In this document: one piece after another, positions 18,350 to 27,986 of the stretch
Layout of the letters: each line of letters begins with the position of its first letter
Position numbering within the stretch: position 1 is the stretch's first letter
Source: a virus
Taxonomy: Duplodnaviria > Heunggongvirae > Uroviricota > Caudoviricetes
Length of the DNA stretch: 31,564 bases
IMG/VR virus record: IMGVR_UViG_2802429242_000004
Strand: one strand, 5' to 3'
Position numbers and translations under genes: made by a program
The notes under the pieces: generated by a model
The model's database searches: none
What the model was told of the DNA's origin: nothing
The model's input: the letters and a program-made list of their open reading frames with translations, nothing else

Positions 18350-19258
18350 ATGCCGATTATCGACCTGAACCAGCTACCCGCACCGGATGTGGTCGAGGAG
18401 CTGGATTTTGAAACCATTCTTGCTGAACGCAAGGCGACACTGATTTCCCTTTACCCGGAAGACCAGCAGGAGGCGGTCGCCCGTACCCTGACGCTGGAAT
18501 CTGAGCCTCTCGTCAAACTGCTGGAGGAAAATGCTTATCGTGAGCTTATCTGGCGTCAGCGTGTGAATGAGGCCGCACGGGCGGTGATGCTGGCCTGTGC
18601 CGCCGGTAATGACCTTGATGTGATTGGTGCCAATTACAACACCACGCGCCTGATTATCACTCCGGCAGATGATTCGACCCTCCCGCCGACACCGGCCGTG
18701 ATGGAATCTGACACCGATTATCGTCTGCGTATTCAGCAGGCCTTTGAAGGTTTAAGCGTCGCCGGGTCGGTGGGTGCCTATCAGTATCATGGTCGCAGTG
18801 CTGACGGGCGTGTCGCGGATATCTCTGTTACCAGTCCGTCTCCTGCCTGCGTCACCATCTCCGTGCTGTCACGTGAAAATAACGGTGTCGCATCCGAAGA
18901 CCTGCTGGCTGTGGTGCGTAACGCCCTTAATGGTGAGGACGTCAGGCCGGTGGCTGACCGTGTGACCGTGCAGTCTGCCGCCATTGTTGAATACCAGATA
19001 AACGCCACGCTTTACCTTTACCCTGGCCCCGAAAGCGAACCCATCCGCGCTGCCGCCGTGAAAAAACTGGAAGCGTATATCACAGCACAGCACCGGCTGG
19101 GGCGTGACATCCGTCTGTCTGCCATTTATGCCGCTTTGCATGTGGAAGGTGTGCAGCGTGTCGAACTGGCTGCACCACTGGCCGACATCGTGCTCAACAG
19201 TACGCAGGCGTCTTTCTGTACCGAATACCGCGTCGTGACCGGAGGCTCGGATGAGTGA
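18350..19258 (+). CDS. J: Baseplate protein J
   Basis: 302 aa, same length and position as P2 J. Confidence 0.9.
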   Translation: MPIIDLNQLPAPDVVEELDFETILAERKATLISLYPEDQQEAVARTLTLESEPLVKLLEENAYRELIWRQRVNEAARAVMLACAAGNDLDVIGANYNTTRLIITPADDSTLPPTPAVMESDTDYRLRIQQAFEGLSVAGSVGAYQYHGRSADGRVADISVTSPSPACVTISVLSRENNGVASEDLLAVVRNALNGEDVRPVADRVTVQSAAIVEYQINATLYLYPGPESEPIRAAAVKKLEAYITAQHRLGRDIRLSAIYAALHVEGVQRVELAAPLADIVLNSTQASFCTEYRVVTGGSDE

Positions 19259-19862
19259 TTCGCGACTGCTGCCGACCGGCTCATCACCGCTTGAAGTTGC
19301 CGCCGCAAAAGCCTGTGCGGAAATTGAAAAAACGCCGGTCAGTATTCGTGAGCTGTGGAACCCGGACACCTGCCCGGCAAATCTGCTGCCGTGGCTGGCG
19401 TGGTCATTTTCGGTTGACCGCTGGGATGATAAGTGGCCGGAAGCGACAAAACGCGCTGTTATCCGCGATGCGTATTTCATTCACTGCCATAAGGGCACTA
19501 TAGGCGCAATCCGGCGCGTGGTGGAGCCGCTCGGCTATCTGATTGAGGTGAGGGAGTGGTGGCAGCTCAACGAGGAGCCGGGGACGTTCCGCATCGTTGT
19601 TGGCGTGCTTGAGCAGGGTATTACCGAGGAAATGTATCAGGAGCTGGAGCGCCTCGTTGCTGATGCAAAACCGGCAAGCCGCCATCTGACGGGACTGGCT
19701 ATCAGTTTAAGTACAACCGGCAACATTTTTGCCGGTGCGGGATGCTATCACGGTGACGCCCTGACGGTTTATCCCTACACCCCGGAGGCCATTATTGTCG
19801 GAGGGGATTATTTCCCGGCCTCGGCCATTCATTTAATTGATAACCTGAGAGTAAACGCATGA
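19251..19862 (+). CDS. I: Baseplate protein I
   Basis: 203-aa ORF overlapping J upstream and H downstream. Confidence 0.85.
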   Translation: MSDSRLLPTGSSPLEVAAAKACAEIEKTPVSIRELWNPDTCPANLLPWLAWSFSVDRWDDKWPEATKRAVIRDAYFIHCHKGTIGAIRRVVEPLGYLIEVREWWQLNEEPGTFRIVVGVLEQGITEEMYQELERLVADAKPASRHLTGLAISLSTTGNIFAGAGCYHGDALTVYPYTPEAIIVGGDYFPASAIHLIDNLRVNA

Positions 19863-21076
19863 CAGTGAAATACTACGCCATTCTGACTAATCAGGGCGCA
19901 GCACGGCTGGCTAACGCGACGATGCTCGGCAGTAAGCTGAATCTGACGCAAATGGCCGTTGGTGATGCGAATGGTGTCTTGCCGACACCAGATCCGGCAC
20001 AGACAAAACTGATTAACCAGAAACGCATCGCGCCGCTGAATCTTCTGAGTGTTGACCCGAACAACCAGAGCCAGATTATTGCGGAGCAAATCATCCCTGA
20101 GAACGAGGGCGGATTCTGGATCCGTGAGATTGGGCTTTATGATGATGAAGGCGTACTCATTGCGGTGGCGAACTGCCCGGAAACGTACAAACCGCAGTTG
20201 CAGGAAGGCAGTGGTCGTACCCAGACTATCCGCATGATTCTGGTTGTCACGAATACCGAAGCTATTACGCTGAAAATCGACCCGTCGGTGGTACTGGCGA
20301 CCCGTAAATACGTGGATGATGAAGTCCTGGAATTAAGGCTGTATGTGGATGACCAGATGAGAAACCACATTGCCGCACAGGATCCTCATACCCAGTATGC
20401 ACAGAAACATAATCCGACATTTACCGGAGAACCAAAAGCGCCGACGCCTGCCGCAGGAAATAACACCACGCGGATTGCGACCACTGAGTTTGTTCAGGCC
20501 GCTATTACCGCTCTGATTAACGGTGCGCCAGCCACGCTGGACACACTGAAAGAAATTGCCGCAGCCATTAACAATGACCCGAAATTCAGTACCACCATTA
20601 ACAATGCGCTGTCAGGTAAGCAGCCACTGGATGAGACGCTGACTCATTTGAGTGGAAAGGATGTTGCCGGTCTTCTCGCATACCTTGGTTTGGGAGAAGC
20701 GGCAACGAGGAACGTCGGAACGGATACCGGGCAAGTACCAGATATGAGTAGTTTTACAACGGGGCACTCTGGAGCAGCAGACTGGCCGAATCCTAAATCT
20801 GGATGGAGTAAGGGGCCGGATGGGGTAATTACACAATGGGGTATTTTCGGTTTCCCCGTTGGACAGACAGGGACGAATGTTGTTTTCCCGCTACCTTTCC
20901 CCGCGCGGGTCGAATCAATTACACTGACAATGGCAGATATCCAGGAGTCTCTGCTTTCTCCAGCAACCATGCCTGCTTATGGAGTTAACTCAACTGGTAC
21001 TTCAAGAACGGGTTTTACAGCCCGTATGTCAGGCGCCGGTGGGTTTAATCTTTGCTATATAGCGAAAGGGAGATAA
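19859..21076 (+). CDS. H: Tail fibre protein H (constant N-terminus fused to currently expressed variable C-terminus)
   Basis: 405 aa; constant part to about residue 275 (..AGLLAYLGLGE), then the recombination site; the C-terminal ~130 aa lie inside the invertible segment. Confidence 0.85.
   Translation: MTVKYYAILTNQGAARLANATMLGSKLNLTQMAVGDANGVLPTPDPAQTKLINQKRIAPLNLLSVDPNNQSQIIAEQIIPENEGGFWIREIGLYDDEGVLIAVANCPETYKPQLQEGSGRTQTIRMILVVTNTEAITLKIDPSVVLATRKYVDDEVLELRLYVDDQMRNHIAAQDPHTQYAQKHNPTFTGEPKAPTPAAGNNTTRIATTEFVQAAITALINGAPATLDTLKEIAAAINNDPKFSTTINNALSGKQPLDETLTHLSGKDVAGLLAYLGLGEAATRNVGTDTGQVPDMSSFTTGHSGAADWPNPKSGWSKGPDGVITQWGIFGFPVGQTGTNVVFPLPFPARVESITLTMADIQESLLSPATMPAYGVNSTGTSRTGFTARMSGAGGFNLCYIAKGR
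20673..20698. repeat. Left invertase crossover site (hix/gix-like 26-bp site inside H)
   Basis: ttctcgcatacc-tt-ggtttgggagaa: two imperfect inverted 12-bp half-sites around a central dinucleotide; the 15-bp core ttggtttgggagaag is perfectly inverted at 22592-22606. Confidence 0.65.
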
Positions 21077-21080
21077 CAGA

Positions 21081-21524
21081 ATGAATAAAGTTAAAAGTGT
21101 TTACAGCCCGTCCGAAAATGCAATCTACAACGCAGCGCTATATGAAAGTTATATCAAGGAGGGGACATGGCCGCAGGATGGTATTGAAATCAGCGATGAG
21201 GATGCTGTCAGATTTAATGGGGGAAATAAGCCAACAGGAAAAATGCTGGGAATGGTTTCAGGGACCCTTGCATGGGTTGATGAGCCGCCGCTTTCACCAG
21301 AACAGAAAATATCAGATGCAGAAAACATGAAAGCCACATTTCGTGCAAAAGCTGACAGTGAAATATCCTGGCGTCAGGATGCTGTTGATGCTGGTATCGC
21401 AACTGATGAAGAAACTTCAACTCTCACCCAATGGAAGAAATACCGTGTGCTGCTGATGCGTGTTGATACATCAACAGCCCCCGATATTGAATGGCCTACA
21501 CCTCCGGCAGTTCAGGCCAGATGA
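21081..21524 (+). CDS. G: Tail fibre assembly chaperone G (for the current H C-terminus)
   Basis: 147 aa; C-terminal motif TSTAPDIEWP typical of tail-fibre assembly proteins. Confidence 0.82.
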   Translation: MNKVKSVYSPSENAIYNAALYESYIKEGTWPQDGIEISDEDAVRFNGGNKPTGKMLGMVSGTLAWVDEPPLSPEQKISDAENMKATFRAKADSEISWRQDAVDAGIATDEETSTLTQWKKYRVLLMRVDTSTAPDIEWPTPPAVQAR

Positions 21525-22098
21525 CATCCGGCGCGGTGCTGGTATCTGTTGCCGTCACCGCGTCAATGTAATCCAGCACGGCGTTAAGGCGGGTGGTTTC
21601 TGCCTGCGTCAGCCTCCGCCCGGCCTGTAATTTCAGCTGAATCAGACTGATGGAAGCCATTGCAGCATCAATCAGTGACTGGCGCTGTGCTTCTGCCGCG
21701 TCTACTGCGGCGCAATGCTGTGCCTCAGTATCGGTCACCCATTTCTCACCATCCCATTTATCGTATGGCGTTAACGGGGCGATAGTGGTTGTATTTTCGG
21801 GGTAATCACCCGGAGTTGTGATTTCTTTGGCGTCTCCCGTTTCGGTGTTATAGACGATTTCTCCGCGATGGTCTGGCACATATTCCCATGAGTTTAAATC
21901 CGCAGAGCGGCAGATGGCATAACCAGCTTTATATGTTCCTGGTGCATCTAAACAGGAACATGCCGGAATACCGACACCAACAGCAAGATATTCAGTTGAT
22001 GTGGAAATATATTCTCGTGTTTCACCATTATAATTATAGACAGTAATATCCCCCGCCTTCGTGGCAATAAGCTCGCTATTTAATACGGCATTATCCAT
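21496..22098 (-). CDS. Alternative tail fibre assembly chaperone (G')
   Basis: 200 aa on the opposite strand inside the invertible segment; same C-terminal motif (TSTAPDVIWPELP); its 3' end overlaps G convergently. Confidence 0.8.
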   Translation of the reverse strand: MDNAVLNSELIATKAGDITVYNYNGETREYISTSTEYLAVGVGIPACSCLDAPGTYKAGYAICRSADLNSWEYVPDHRGEIVYNTETGDAKEITTPGDYPENTTTIAPLTPYDKWDGEKWVTDTEAQHCAAVDAAEAQRQSLIDAAMASISLIQLKLQAGRRLTQAETTRLNAVLDYIDAVTATDTSTAPDVIWPELPEV

Positions 22099-22606
22099 TA
22101 TGCAGCCCTCACGATGTAATTAAATGAAAGGTTACGAGGGCGCATTGATATCCATGCCCCGGTAAAATTATCCTCCGCTGTCCTTTGAGTACCCGTTATG
22201 GAGTTATCTGCTGATGCAGGAACATAATCGCTATTATTTCCTGCTTTAGGATTAGCTGGGTTTCCAACAGTTATAACAGAATCAGCAGTAGCAAAAGCGA
22301 TACCTACTTTGACATTAGTATTCAGATCGTAACCGTAATAATCCTGCAAAGCTGTACGAATAAATGTTGCAGCCTGACCACTTAGCAATGAACGCCCCGT
22401 ATCAATCCCTCTAGAATCATCCCAGCCACGAATAAACTCACCACGTAAATCAGGCAATTTATTTGTCGGGTAAGCCTTTGCCAGTTCCGGGTATTCTTCA
22501 GCAGAAAAAGCTGCTCCGTTGCATTTCAGCCAGCCTGTTGGAGGTGTCTCTGAAGGCCACGGAACAGGTGCACCAACAGGTAATGCTGAACCTTCTCCCA
22601 AACCAA
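22098..22606 (-). CDS. Alternative (silent) tail fibre C-terminal segment H'
   Basis: Minus-strand reading frame continuous from the right crossover site (encodes ..LGLGEGSALPVGAPVPWP..); no own promoter or N-terminus, so expressed only after inversion. Confidence 0.75.
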
Positions 22607-22618
22607 CGTTTATGAAAA
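22593..22618. repeat. Right invertase crossover site (hix/gix-like)
   Basis: ttctcccaaacc-aa-cgtttatgaaaa; half-site TTCTCCCAAACC resembles the Gin/Hin half-site pattern (recalled), central AA. Confidence 0.65.
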
Positions 22619-22673
22619 TGCAGAGATAATGGCTAACTGGCATCATCCCCGGTTTTTATTCAGGGGATTGATC

Positions 22674-23267
22674 ATGCTTATTGGCTATATACGCGTGTCA
22701 ACAAATGACCAGAACACGGAATTGCAGCGTAACGCGCTGGAGTGCGCAGGATGCGAGCGGATTTTTGAGGATAAAATCAGTGGCACGAAGTCCGACCGAC
22801 CGGGACTGAAAAAACTGCTCAGAACATTATCAGCAGGTGACACTCTGGTAGTCTGGAAGCTGGACCGGCTGGGGCGTAGTATGCGGCATCTGGTCATTCT
22901 GGTTGAGGAGCTGCGCGAACGCGGCGTTAATTTTCGCAGCCTGACAGATGCTATTGATACCAGCACGCCGATGGGGCGTTTTTTCTTTCATGTGATGGGT
23001 GCCCTGGCTGAAATGGAGCGAGAACTCATTGTCGAGCGGACACGCGCCGGACTGGAAGCGGCCAGAGCCAAAGGGCGTATTGGTGGCAGACGTCCGAAGC
23101 TCACCGCGAGTGAGTGGGAACAGGCAGGACGGTTGCTGGCTGCGGGTGAATCACGTCAACGCGTGGCGCTGATTTTTGATATTGGCCTGTCCACGCTCTA
23201 TAAAAAATTCCCCTCATCAGCGGCAAAGAATAAATTGTGTCATCCCTTAGCCAACCGGGACAAATAG
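22674..23267 (+). CDS. Site-specific DNA invertase, serine recombinase (Hin/Gin/Cin/Pin family)
   Basis: N-terminus MLIGYIRVSTNDQ with the catalytic serine; resolvase/invertase catalytic domain plus C-terminal HTH; immediately next to the right crossover site. Start trimmed from the track's 22629. Confidence 0.9.
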   Translation: MLIGYIRVSTNDQNTELQRNALECAGCERIFEDKISGTKSDRPGLKKLLRTLSAGDTLVVWKLDRLGRSMRHLVILVEELRERGVNFRSLTDAIDTSTPMGRFFFHVMGALAEMERELIVERTRAGLEAARAKGRIGGRRPKLTASEWEQAGRLLAAGESRQRVALIFDIGLSTLYKKFPSSAAKNKLCHPLANRDK

Positions 23268-23326
23268 CCTGACATCTCCGGCACAACTGAAAATAACACT
23301 CACCCATTAACCACGGAGTTAAACGG

Positions 23327-24517
23327 ATGAGTGACTATCATCACGGCGTGCAGGTGCTGGAGATTAACGACGGCACCCGCGTCATTTCCACCGTATCCAC
23401 CGCCATTGTTGGCATGGTCTGCACGGCCAGCGATGCGGATGCGGAAACCTTCCCCGTCAATAAACCGGTGCTGATCACCAATGTGCAGAGCGCGATTGCA
23501 AAGGCCGGTAAAAAAGGCACGCTGGCGGCATCGTTGCAGGCCATCGCTGACCAGTCAAAACCGGTCACCGTTGTCGTGCGCGTGGAAGACGGCACCGGCG
23601 ACGACGAAGAAACGAAACTCGCGCAGACCGTTTCCAATATCATCGGCACCACCGACGAAAACGGTCAGTACACCGGGCTGAAAGCCCTGCTGGCGGCGGA
23701 GTCGGTAACCGGTGTTAAACCGCGTATTCTCGGCGTGCCGGGACTGGATACCAAAGAGGTGGCTGTTGCACTGGCATCAGTCTGTCAGAAGCTGCGCGCT
23801 TTCGGGTATATCAGCGCATGGGGCTGTAAAACTATTTCCGAGGTGAAAGCCTACCGCCAGAATTTCAGCCAGCGTGAGCTGATGGTCATCTGGCCGGATT
23901 TCCTCGCATGGGATACGGTCACCAGTACCACCGCCACCGCGTATGCCACCGCCCGTGCGCTGGGTCTGCGCGCTAAAATCGACCAGGAGCAGGGCTGGCA
24001 TAAAACGCTGTCCAACGTCGGGGTAAACGGTGTTACCGGCATCAGCGCCTCTGTATTCTGGGATTTGCAGGAGTCCGGCACCGATGCTGACCTGCTTAAC
24101 GAGTCAGGCGTCACTACGCTGATTCGCCGTGACGGTTTCCGATTCTGGGGTAACCGTACCTGCTCTGATGACCCGCTGTTCCTCTTTGAAAACTACACCC
24201 GCACCGCGCAGGTGCTGGCCGACACGATGGCTGAGGCGCACATGTGGGCGGTGGACAAGCCCATCACCGCAACGCTGATTCGCGACATCGTTGACGGCAT
24301 CAATGCCAAATTCCGTGAGCTGAAAACAAACGGCTATATCGTGGATGCGACCTGCTGGTTCAGCGAAGAATCCAACGATGCGGAAACCCTCAAGGCCGGA
24401 AAACTGTATATCGACTACGACTATACCCCGGTGCCTCCTCTTGAAAACCTGACCCTGCGCCAGCGTATTACCGATAAATACCTGGCAAATCTGGTCACCT
24501 CGGTTAACAGCAATTAA
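23327..24517 (+). CDS. FI: Tail sheath protein
   Basis: 396 aa, same length and position as P2 FI. Confidence 0.92.
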   Translation: MSDYHHGVQVLEINDGTRVISTVSTAIVGMVCTASDADAETFPVNKPVLITNVQSAIAKAGKKGTLAASLQAIADQSKPVTVVVRVEDGTGDDEETKLAQTVSNIIGTTDENGQYTGLKALLAAESVTGVKPRILGVPGLDTKEVAVALASVCQKLRAFGYISAWGCKTISEVKAYRQNFSQRELMVIWPDFLAWDTVTSTTATAYATARALGLRAKIDQEQGWHKTLSNVGVNGVTGISASVFWDLQESGTDADLLNESGVTTLIRRDGFRFWGNRTCSDDPLFLFENYTRTAQVLADTMAEAHMWAVDKPITATLIRDIVDGINAKFRELKTNGYIVDATCWFSEESNDAETLKAGKLYIDYDYTPVPPLENLTLRQRITDKYLANLVTSVNSN

Positions 24518-24529
24518 GGAGCCTGACCG

Positions 24530-25048
24530 ATGGCAATGCCGCGCAAACTCAAGTTAATGAACGTCTTTCTGAACGGCTACAGCTATCAGGGCGTCGCGAA
24601 GTCCGTCACGCTACCAAAACTGACCCGTAAGCTCGAAAACTATCGCGGTGCGGGAATGAACGGCAGCGCACCGGTAGACCTCGGCCTTGATGACGATGCG
24701 CTGTCAATGGAGTGGTCGCTCGGTGGCTTCCCGGATTCGGTTATCTGGGAGCTTTACGCCGCAACCGGTGTGGATGCCGTGCCGATTCGTTTTGCAGGCT
24801 CTTACCAGCGCGACGATACCGGCGAAACGGTGGCCGTCGAAGTGGTCATGCGTGGACGTCAGAAAGAAATCGACACCGGCGAGGGTAAACAGGGAGAAGA
24901 CACTGAGTCGAAAATCTCCGTGGTCTGCACCTATTTCCGGCTGACGATGGACGGTAAGGAGCTGGTCGAAATCGACACCATCAACATGATTGAGAAGGTG
25001 AACGGCGTCGACCGGCTGGAGCAACACCGCCGCAATATCGGCCTGTGA
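24530..25048 (+). CDS. FII: Tail tube protein
   Basis: 172 aa, same length and position as P2 FII. Confidence 0.92.
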   Translation: MAMPRKLKLMNVFLNGYSYQGVAKSVTLPKLTRKLENYRGAGMNGSAPVDLGLDDDALSMEWSLGGFPDSVIWELYAATGVDAVPIRFAGSYQRDDTGETVAVEVVMRGRQKEIDTGEGKQGEDTESKISVVCTYFRLTMDGKELVEIDTINMIEKVNGVDRLEQHRRNIGL

Positions 25049-25104
25049 TTCTCATCCGGTCAGCCTGGCTGACCGGTTAACCCCGATTCAGAAGTGAGAA
25101 AACC

Positions 25105-25380
25105 ATGAACAAAGAAAACGTCATTACCCTGGACAATCCGGTCAAACGTGGTGAGCAGGTTATCGAACAGGTCACGCTGATGAAACCTAACGCCGGGACG
25201 CTGCGCGGTGTCAGTCTGGCTGCGGTCGCGAACTCCGAAGTCGATGCACTGATTAAGGTGCTGCCGCGCATGACCGCACCGATGCTGACCGAGCAGGAAG
25301 TCGCCGCGCTGGAACTGCCTGACCTTGTGGCGCTGGCCGGTAAGGTGGTCGGTTTTTTGTCGCCGAACTCGGTGCAGTGA
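25105..25380 (+). CDS. E: Tail assembly chaperone E
   Basis: 91 aa; slippery T6G near its 3' end. Confidence 0.85.
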   Translation: MNKENVITLDNPVKRGEQVIEQVTLMKPNAGTLRGVSLAAVANSEVDALIKVLPRMTAPMLTEQEVAALELPDLVALAGKVVGFLSPNSVQ

Positions 25381-25531
25381 CGTTTCCGAAAAATCTCTCG
25401 GTCGATGACCTGATGGCGGATGTGGCTGTGATATTTCACTGGCCGCCATCAGAACTGTATCCCATGAGCCTGACCGAACTCATCACATGGCGCGAAAAGG
25501 CGCTCCGGCGAAGCGGAAACACGAATGAGTA
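25105..25531 (+). CDS. E+E' tail assembly chaperone made by programmed -1 frameshift (approximate 3' end)
   Basis: Slippery tttttt-g at 25353-25359; the -1 frame stays open for about 57 codons (..VAELGAVTFPKNLSVDDLMADVAVIFHWPPSELYPMSLTELITW..) up to the start of T. End coordinate is approximate. Confidence 0.55.
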
Positions 25532-27972
25532 ACAATGTAAAATTACAGGTATTGCTCAGGGCTGTTGACCAGGCATCCCGCCCGTTTAAATCCATCCGTA
25601 CAGCGAGCAGGTCGCTGTCGGGGGATATCCGGGAAACACAAAAATCACTGCGCGAGCTGAACGGTCACGCATCCCGTATTGAGGGATTCCGCAAGACCAG
25701 TGCACAGCTCGCCGTGACTGGTCATGCACTTGAAAAGGCACGGCAGGAGGCCGAAGCCCTTGCCACACAGTTTAAAAATACCGAACGTCCGACCCGTGCT
25801 CAGGCGAAAGTGCTGGAATCCGCAAAGCGTGCGGCGGAGGACTTACAGGCGAAATATAACCGCCTGACGGATTCCGTTAAACGCCAGCAGCGGGAACTGG
25901 CCGCTGTGGGAATTAATACCCGCAATCTTGCACATGATGAGCAGGGACTGAAAAACCGTATCAGTGAAACCACCGCACAGCTTAACCGTCAGCGCGACGC
26001 GCTGGCGCGTGTCAGTGCGCAACAGGCAAAACTTAACGCAGTCAAACAGCGTTATCAGGCCGGAAAGGAACTGGCCGGAAATATGGCCTCAGTGGGCGCT
26101 GCCGGTGTGGGGATTGCGGCGGCGGGAACGATGGCCGGAGTTAAGTTGCTGATGCCCGGTTATGAGTTTGCGCAGAAAAACTCAGAATTGCAGGCTGTGC
26201 TCGGTGTGGCAAAAGACTCCGCCGAAATGGCTGCACTACGCAAGCAGGCGCGCCAGCTCGGCGACAATACCGCCGCCTCGGCGGATGATGCAGCCGGTGC
26301 GCAGATTATTATCGCGAAAGCCGGTGGGGATGTTGATGCCATTCAGGCGGCAACGCCGGTCACGCTGAATATGGCGCTGGCGAACCGTCGCACGATGGAA
26401 GAAAATGCCGCCCTGCTGATGGGGATGAAATCCGCCTTTCAGCTTTCAAACGATAAGGTCGCTCATATCGGGGATGTTCTCTCCATGACGATGAACAAAA
26501 CCGCCGCCGATTTTGATGGCATGAGCGATGCGCTGACCTATGCCGCACCTGTGGCAAAAAATGCCGGTGTCAGCATTGAAGAAACCGCGGCAATGGTCGG
26601 GGCGCTGCATGATGCAAAAATCACAGGCTCAATGGCGGGGACGGGAAGCCGTGCCGTGTTAAGCCGCCTGCAGGCACCGACGGGAAAAGCATGGGATGCA
26701 CTGAAAGAGCTTGGTGTGAAAACCTCAGACAGCAAGGGGAATACCCGACCAGTATTTACCATTCTGAAAGAAATGCAGGCCAGTTTTGAGAAAAACCGGC
26801 TCGGTACTGCCCAGCAGGCTGAATACATGAAAACCATTTTCGGGGAGGAGGCCAGTTCAGCCGCCGCCGTGCTGATGACTGCCGCCTCAACCGGAAAGCT
26901 GGACAAACTGACCGCTGCGTTTAAAGCCTCAGACGGGAAGACCGCCGAGCTGGTAAATATCATGCAGGACAACCTAGGCGGTGACTTTAAAGAGTTTCAG
27001 TCCGCTTATGAGGCAGTGGGGACTGACCTGTTTGACCAGCAGGAAGGCGCGCTGCGTAAGCTCACGCAGACGGCCACAAAGTATGTGTTAAAACTCGACG
27101 GCTGGATCCAGAAAAACAAATCACTGGCGTCAACCATCGGCATCATTGTCGGTGGTGCACTGGCGCTGACTGGTGTCATCGGTGCCATTGGCCTCGTAGC
27201 CTGGCCGGTTATCACCGGCATCAATGCCATCATCGCGGCAGCAGGCGCAATGGGGACAATCCTCACGACGGTTGGCAGTGCTGTTATGACCGCTATTGGG
27301 GCGATTAGCTGGCCGGTTGTGGCTGTGGTGGCCGCCATTGTCGCCGGGGCGTTGCTTATCCGTAAATACTGGGATCCTGTCAGCGCATTCTTTGGCGGTG
27401 TGGTGGAAGGGCTGAAAGCGGCATTTGCGCCGGTGGAGGAACTGTTCACGCCACTTAAGCCGGTGTTTGACTGGCTGGGCGAAAAGTTACAGGCCGCGTG
27501 GCAGTGGTTTAAAAATCTGATTGCCCCGGTTAAAGCCACACAGGACACCCTGAACCGTTGCCGTGACACGGGCGTCATATTCGGGCAGGCACTGGCTGAC
27601 GCGTTGATGCTGCCGCTTAATGCGTTCAACAAACTGCGCAGTGGTATTGACTGGGTACTGGAAAAACTCGGTGTTATCAACAAAGAGTCAGACACACTTG
27701 ACCAGACCGCCGCAAGGACTCATGCCGCCACGTATGGCACCGGTGGGTATATTCCGGCGACCAGCTCTTATGCAGGCTATCGGGCTTATCAGCCGGTCAC
27801 GGCACAGGCTGGCCGCTCTTATGTGGACCAGAGTAAAAACGAATATCATATCAACCTGACGGGCGGTACTGCGCCGGGGACACAGCTTGACCGCCAGTTA
27901 CAGGATGCGCTCGAAAAATACGAGCGGGATAAACGTGCGCGCGCCCGTGCCAGCATGATGCATGACGGTTAA
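25525..27972 (+). CDS. T: Tail tape measure protein
   Basis: 815 aa; coiled-coil-rich N-terminal half and Gly/Ala-rich hydrophobic segment; P2 T position. Confidence 0.92.
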   Translation: MSNNVKLQVLLRAVDQASRPFKSIRTASRSLSGDIRETQKSLRELNGHASRIEGFRKTSAQLAVTGHALEKARQEAEALATQFKNTERPTRAQAKVLESAKRAAEDLQAKYNRLTDSVKRQQRELAAVGINTRNLAHDEQGLKNRISETTAQLNRQRDALARVSAQQAKLNAVKQRYQAGKELAGNMASVGAAGVGIAAAGTMAGVKLLMPGYEFAQKNSELQAVLGVAKDSAEMAALRKQARQLGDNTAASADDAAGAQIIIAKAGGDVDAIQAATPVTLNMALANRRTMEENAALLMGMKSAFQLSNDKVAHIGDVLSMTMNKTAADFDGMSDALTYAAPVAKNAGVSIEETAAMVGALHDAKITGSMAGTGSRAVLSRLQAPTGKAWDALKELGVKTSDSKGNTRPVFTILKEMQASFEKNRLGTAQQAEYMKTIFGEEASSAAAVLMTAASTGKLDKLTAAFKASDGKTAELVNIMQDNLGGDFKEFQSAYEAVGTDLFDQQEGALRKLTQTATKYVLKLDGWIQKNKSLASTIGIIVGGALALTGVIGAIGLVAWPVITGINAIIAAAGAMGTILTTVGSAVMTAIGAISWPVVAVVAAIVAGALLIRKYWDPVSAFFGGVVEGLKAAFAPVEELFTPLKPVFDWLGEKLQAAWQWFKNLIAPVKATQDTLNRCRDTGVIFGQALADALMLPLNAFNKLRSGIDWVLEKLGVINKESDTLDQTAARTHAATYGTGGYIPATSSYAGYRAYQPVTAQAGRSYVDQSKNEYHINLTGGTAPGTQLDRQLQDALEKYERDKRARARASMMHDG

Positions 27973-27986
27973 GGAGGTGACGAAAA

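Noticed and set aside
26538-27695. Minus-strand ORFs of 144 and 229 aa rich in Ala/Ser/Thr
   Set aside because: Lie entirely inside the tape measure gene T; reverse-complement artefact of its Gly/Ala-rich segment.
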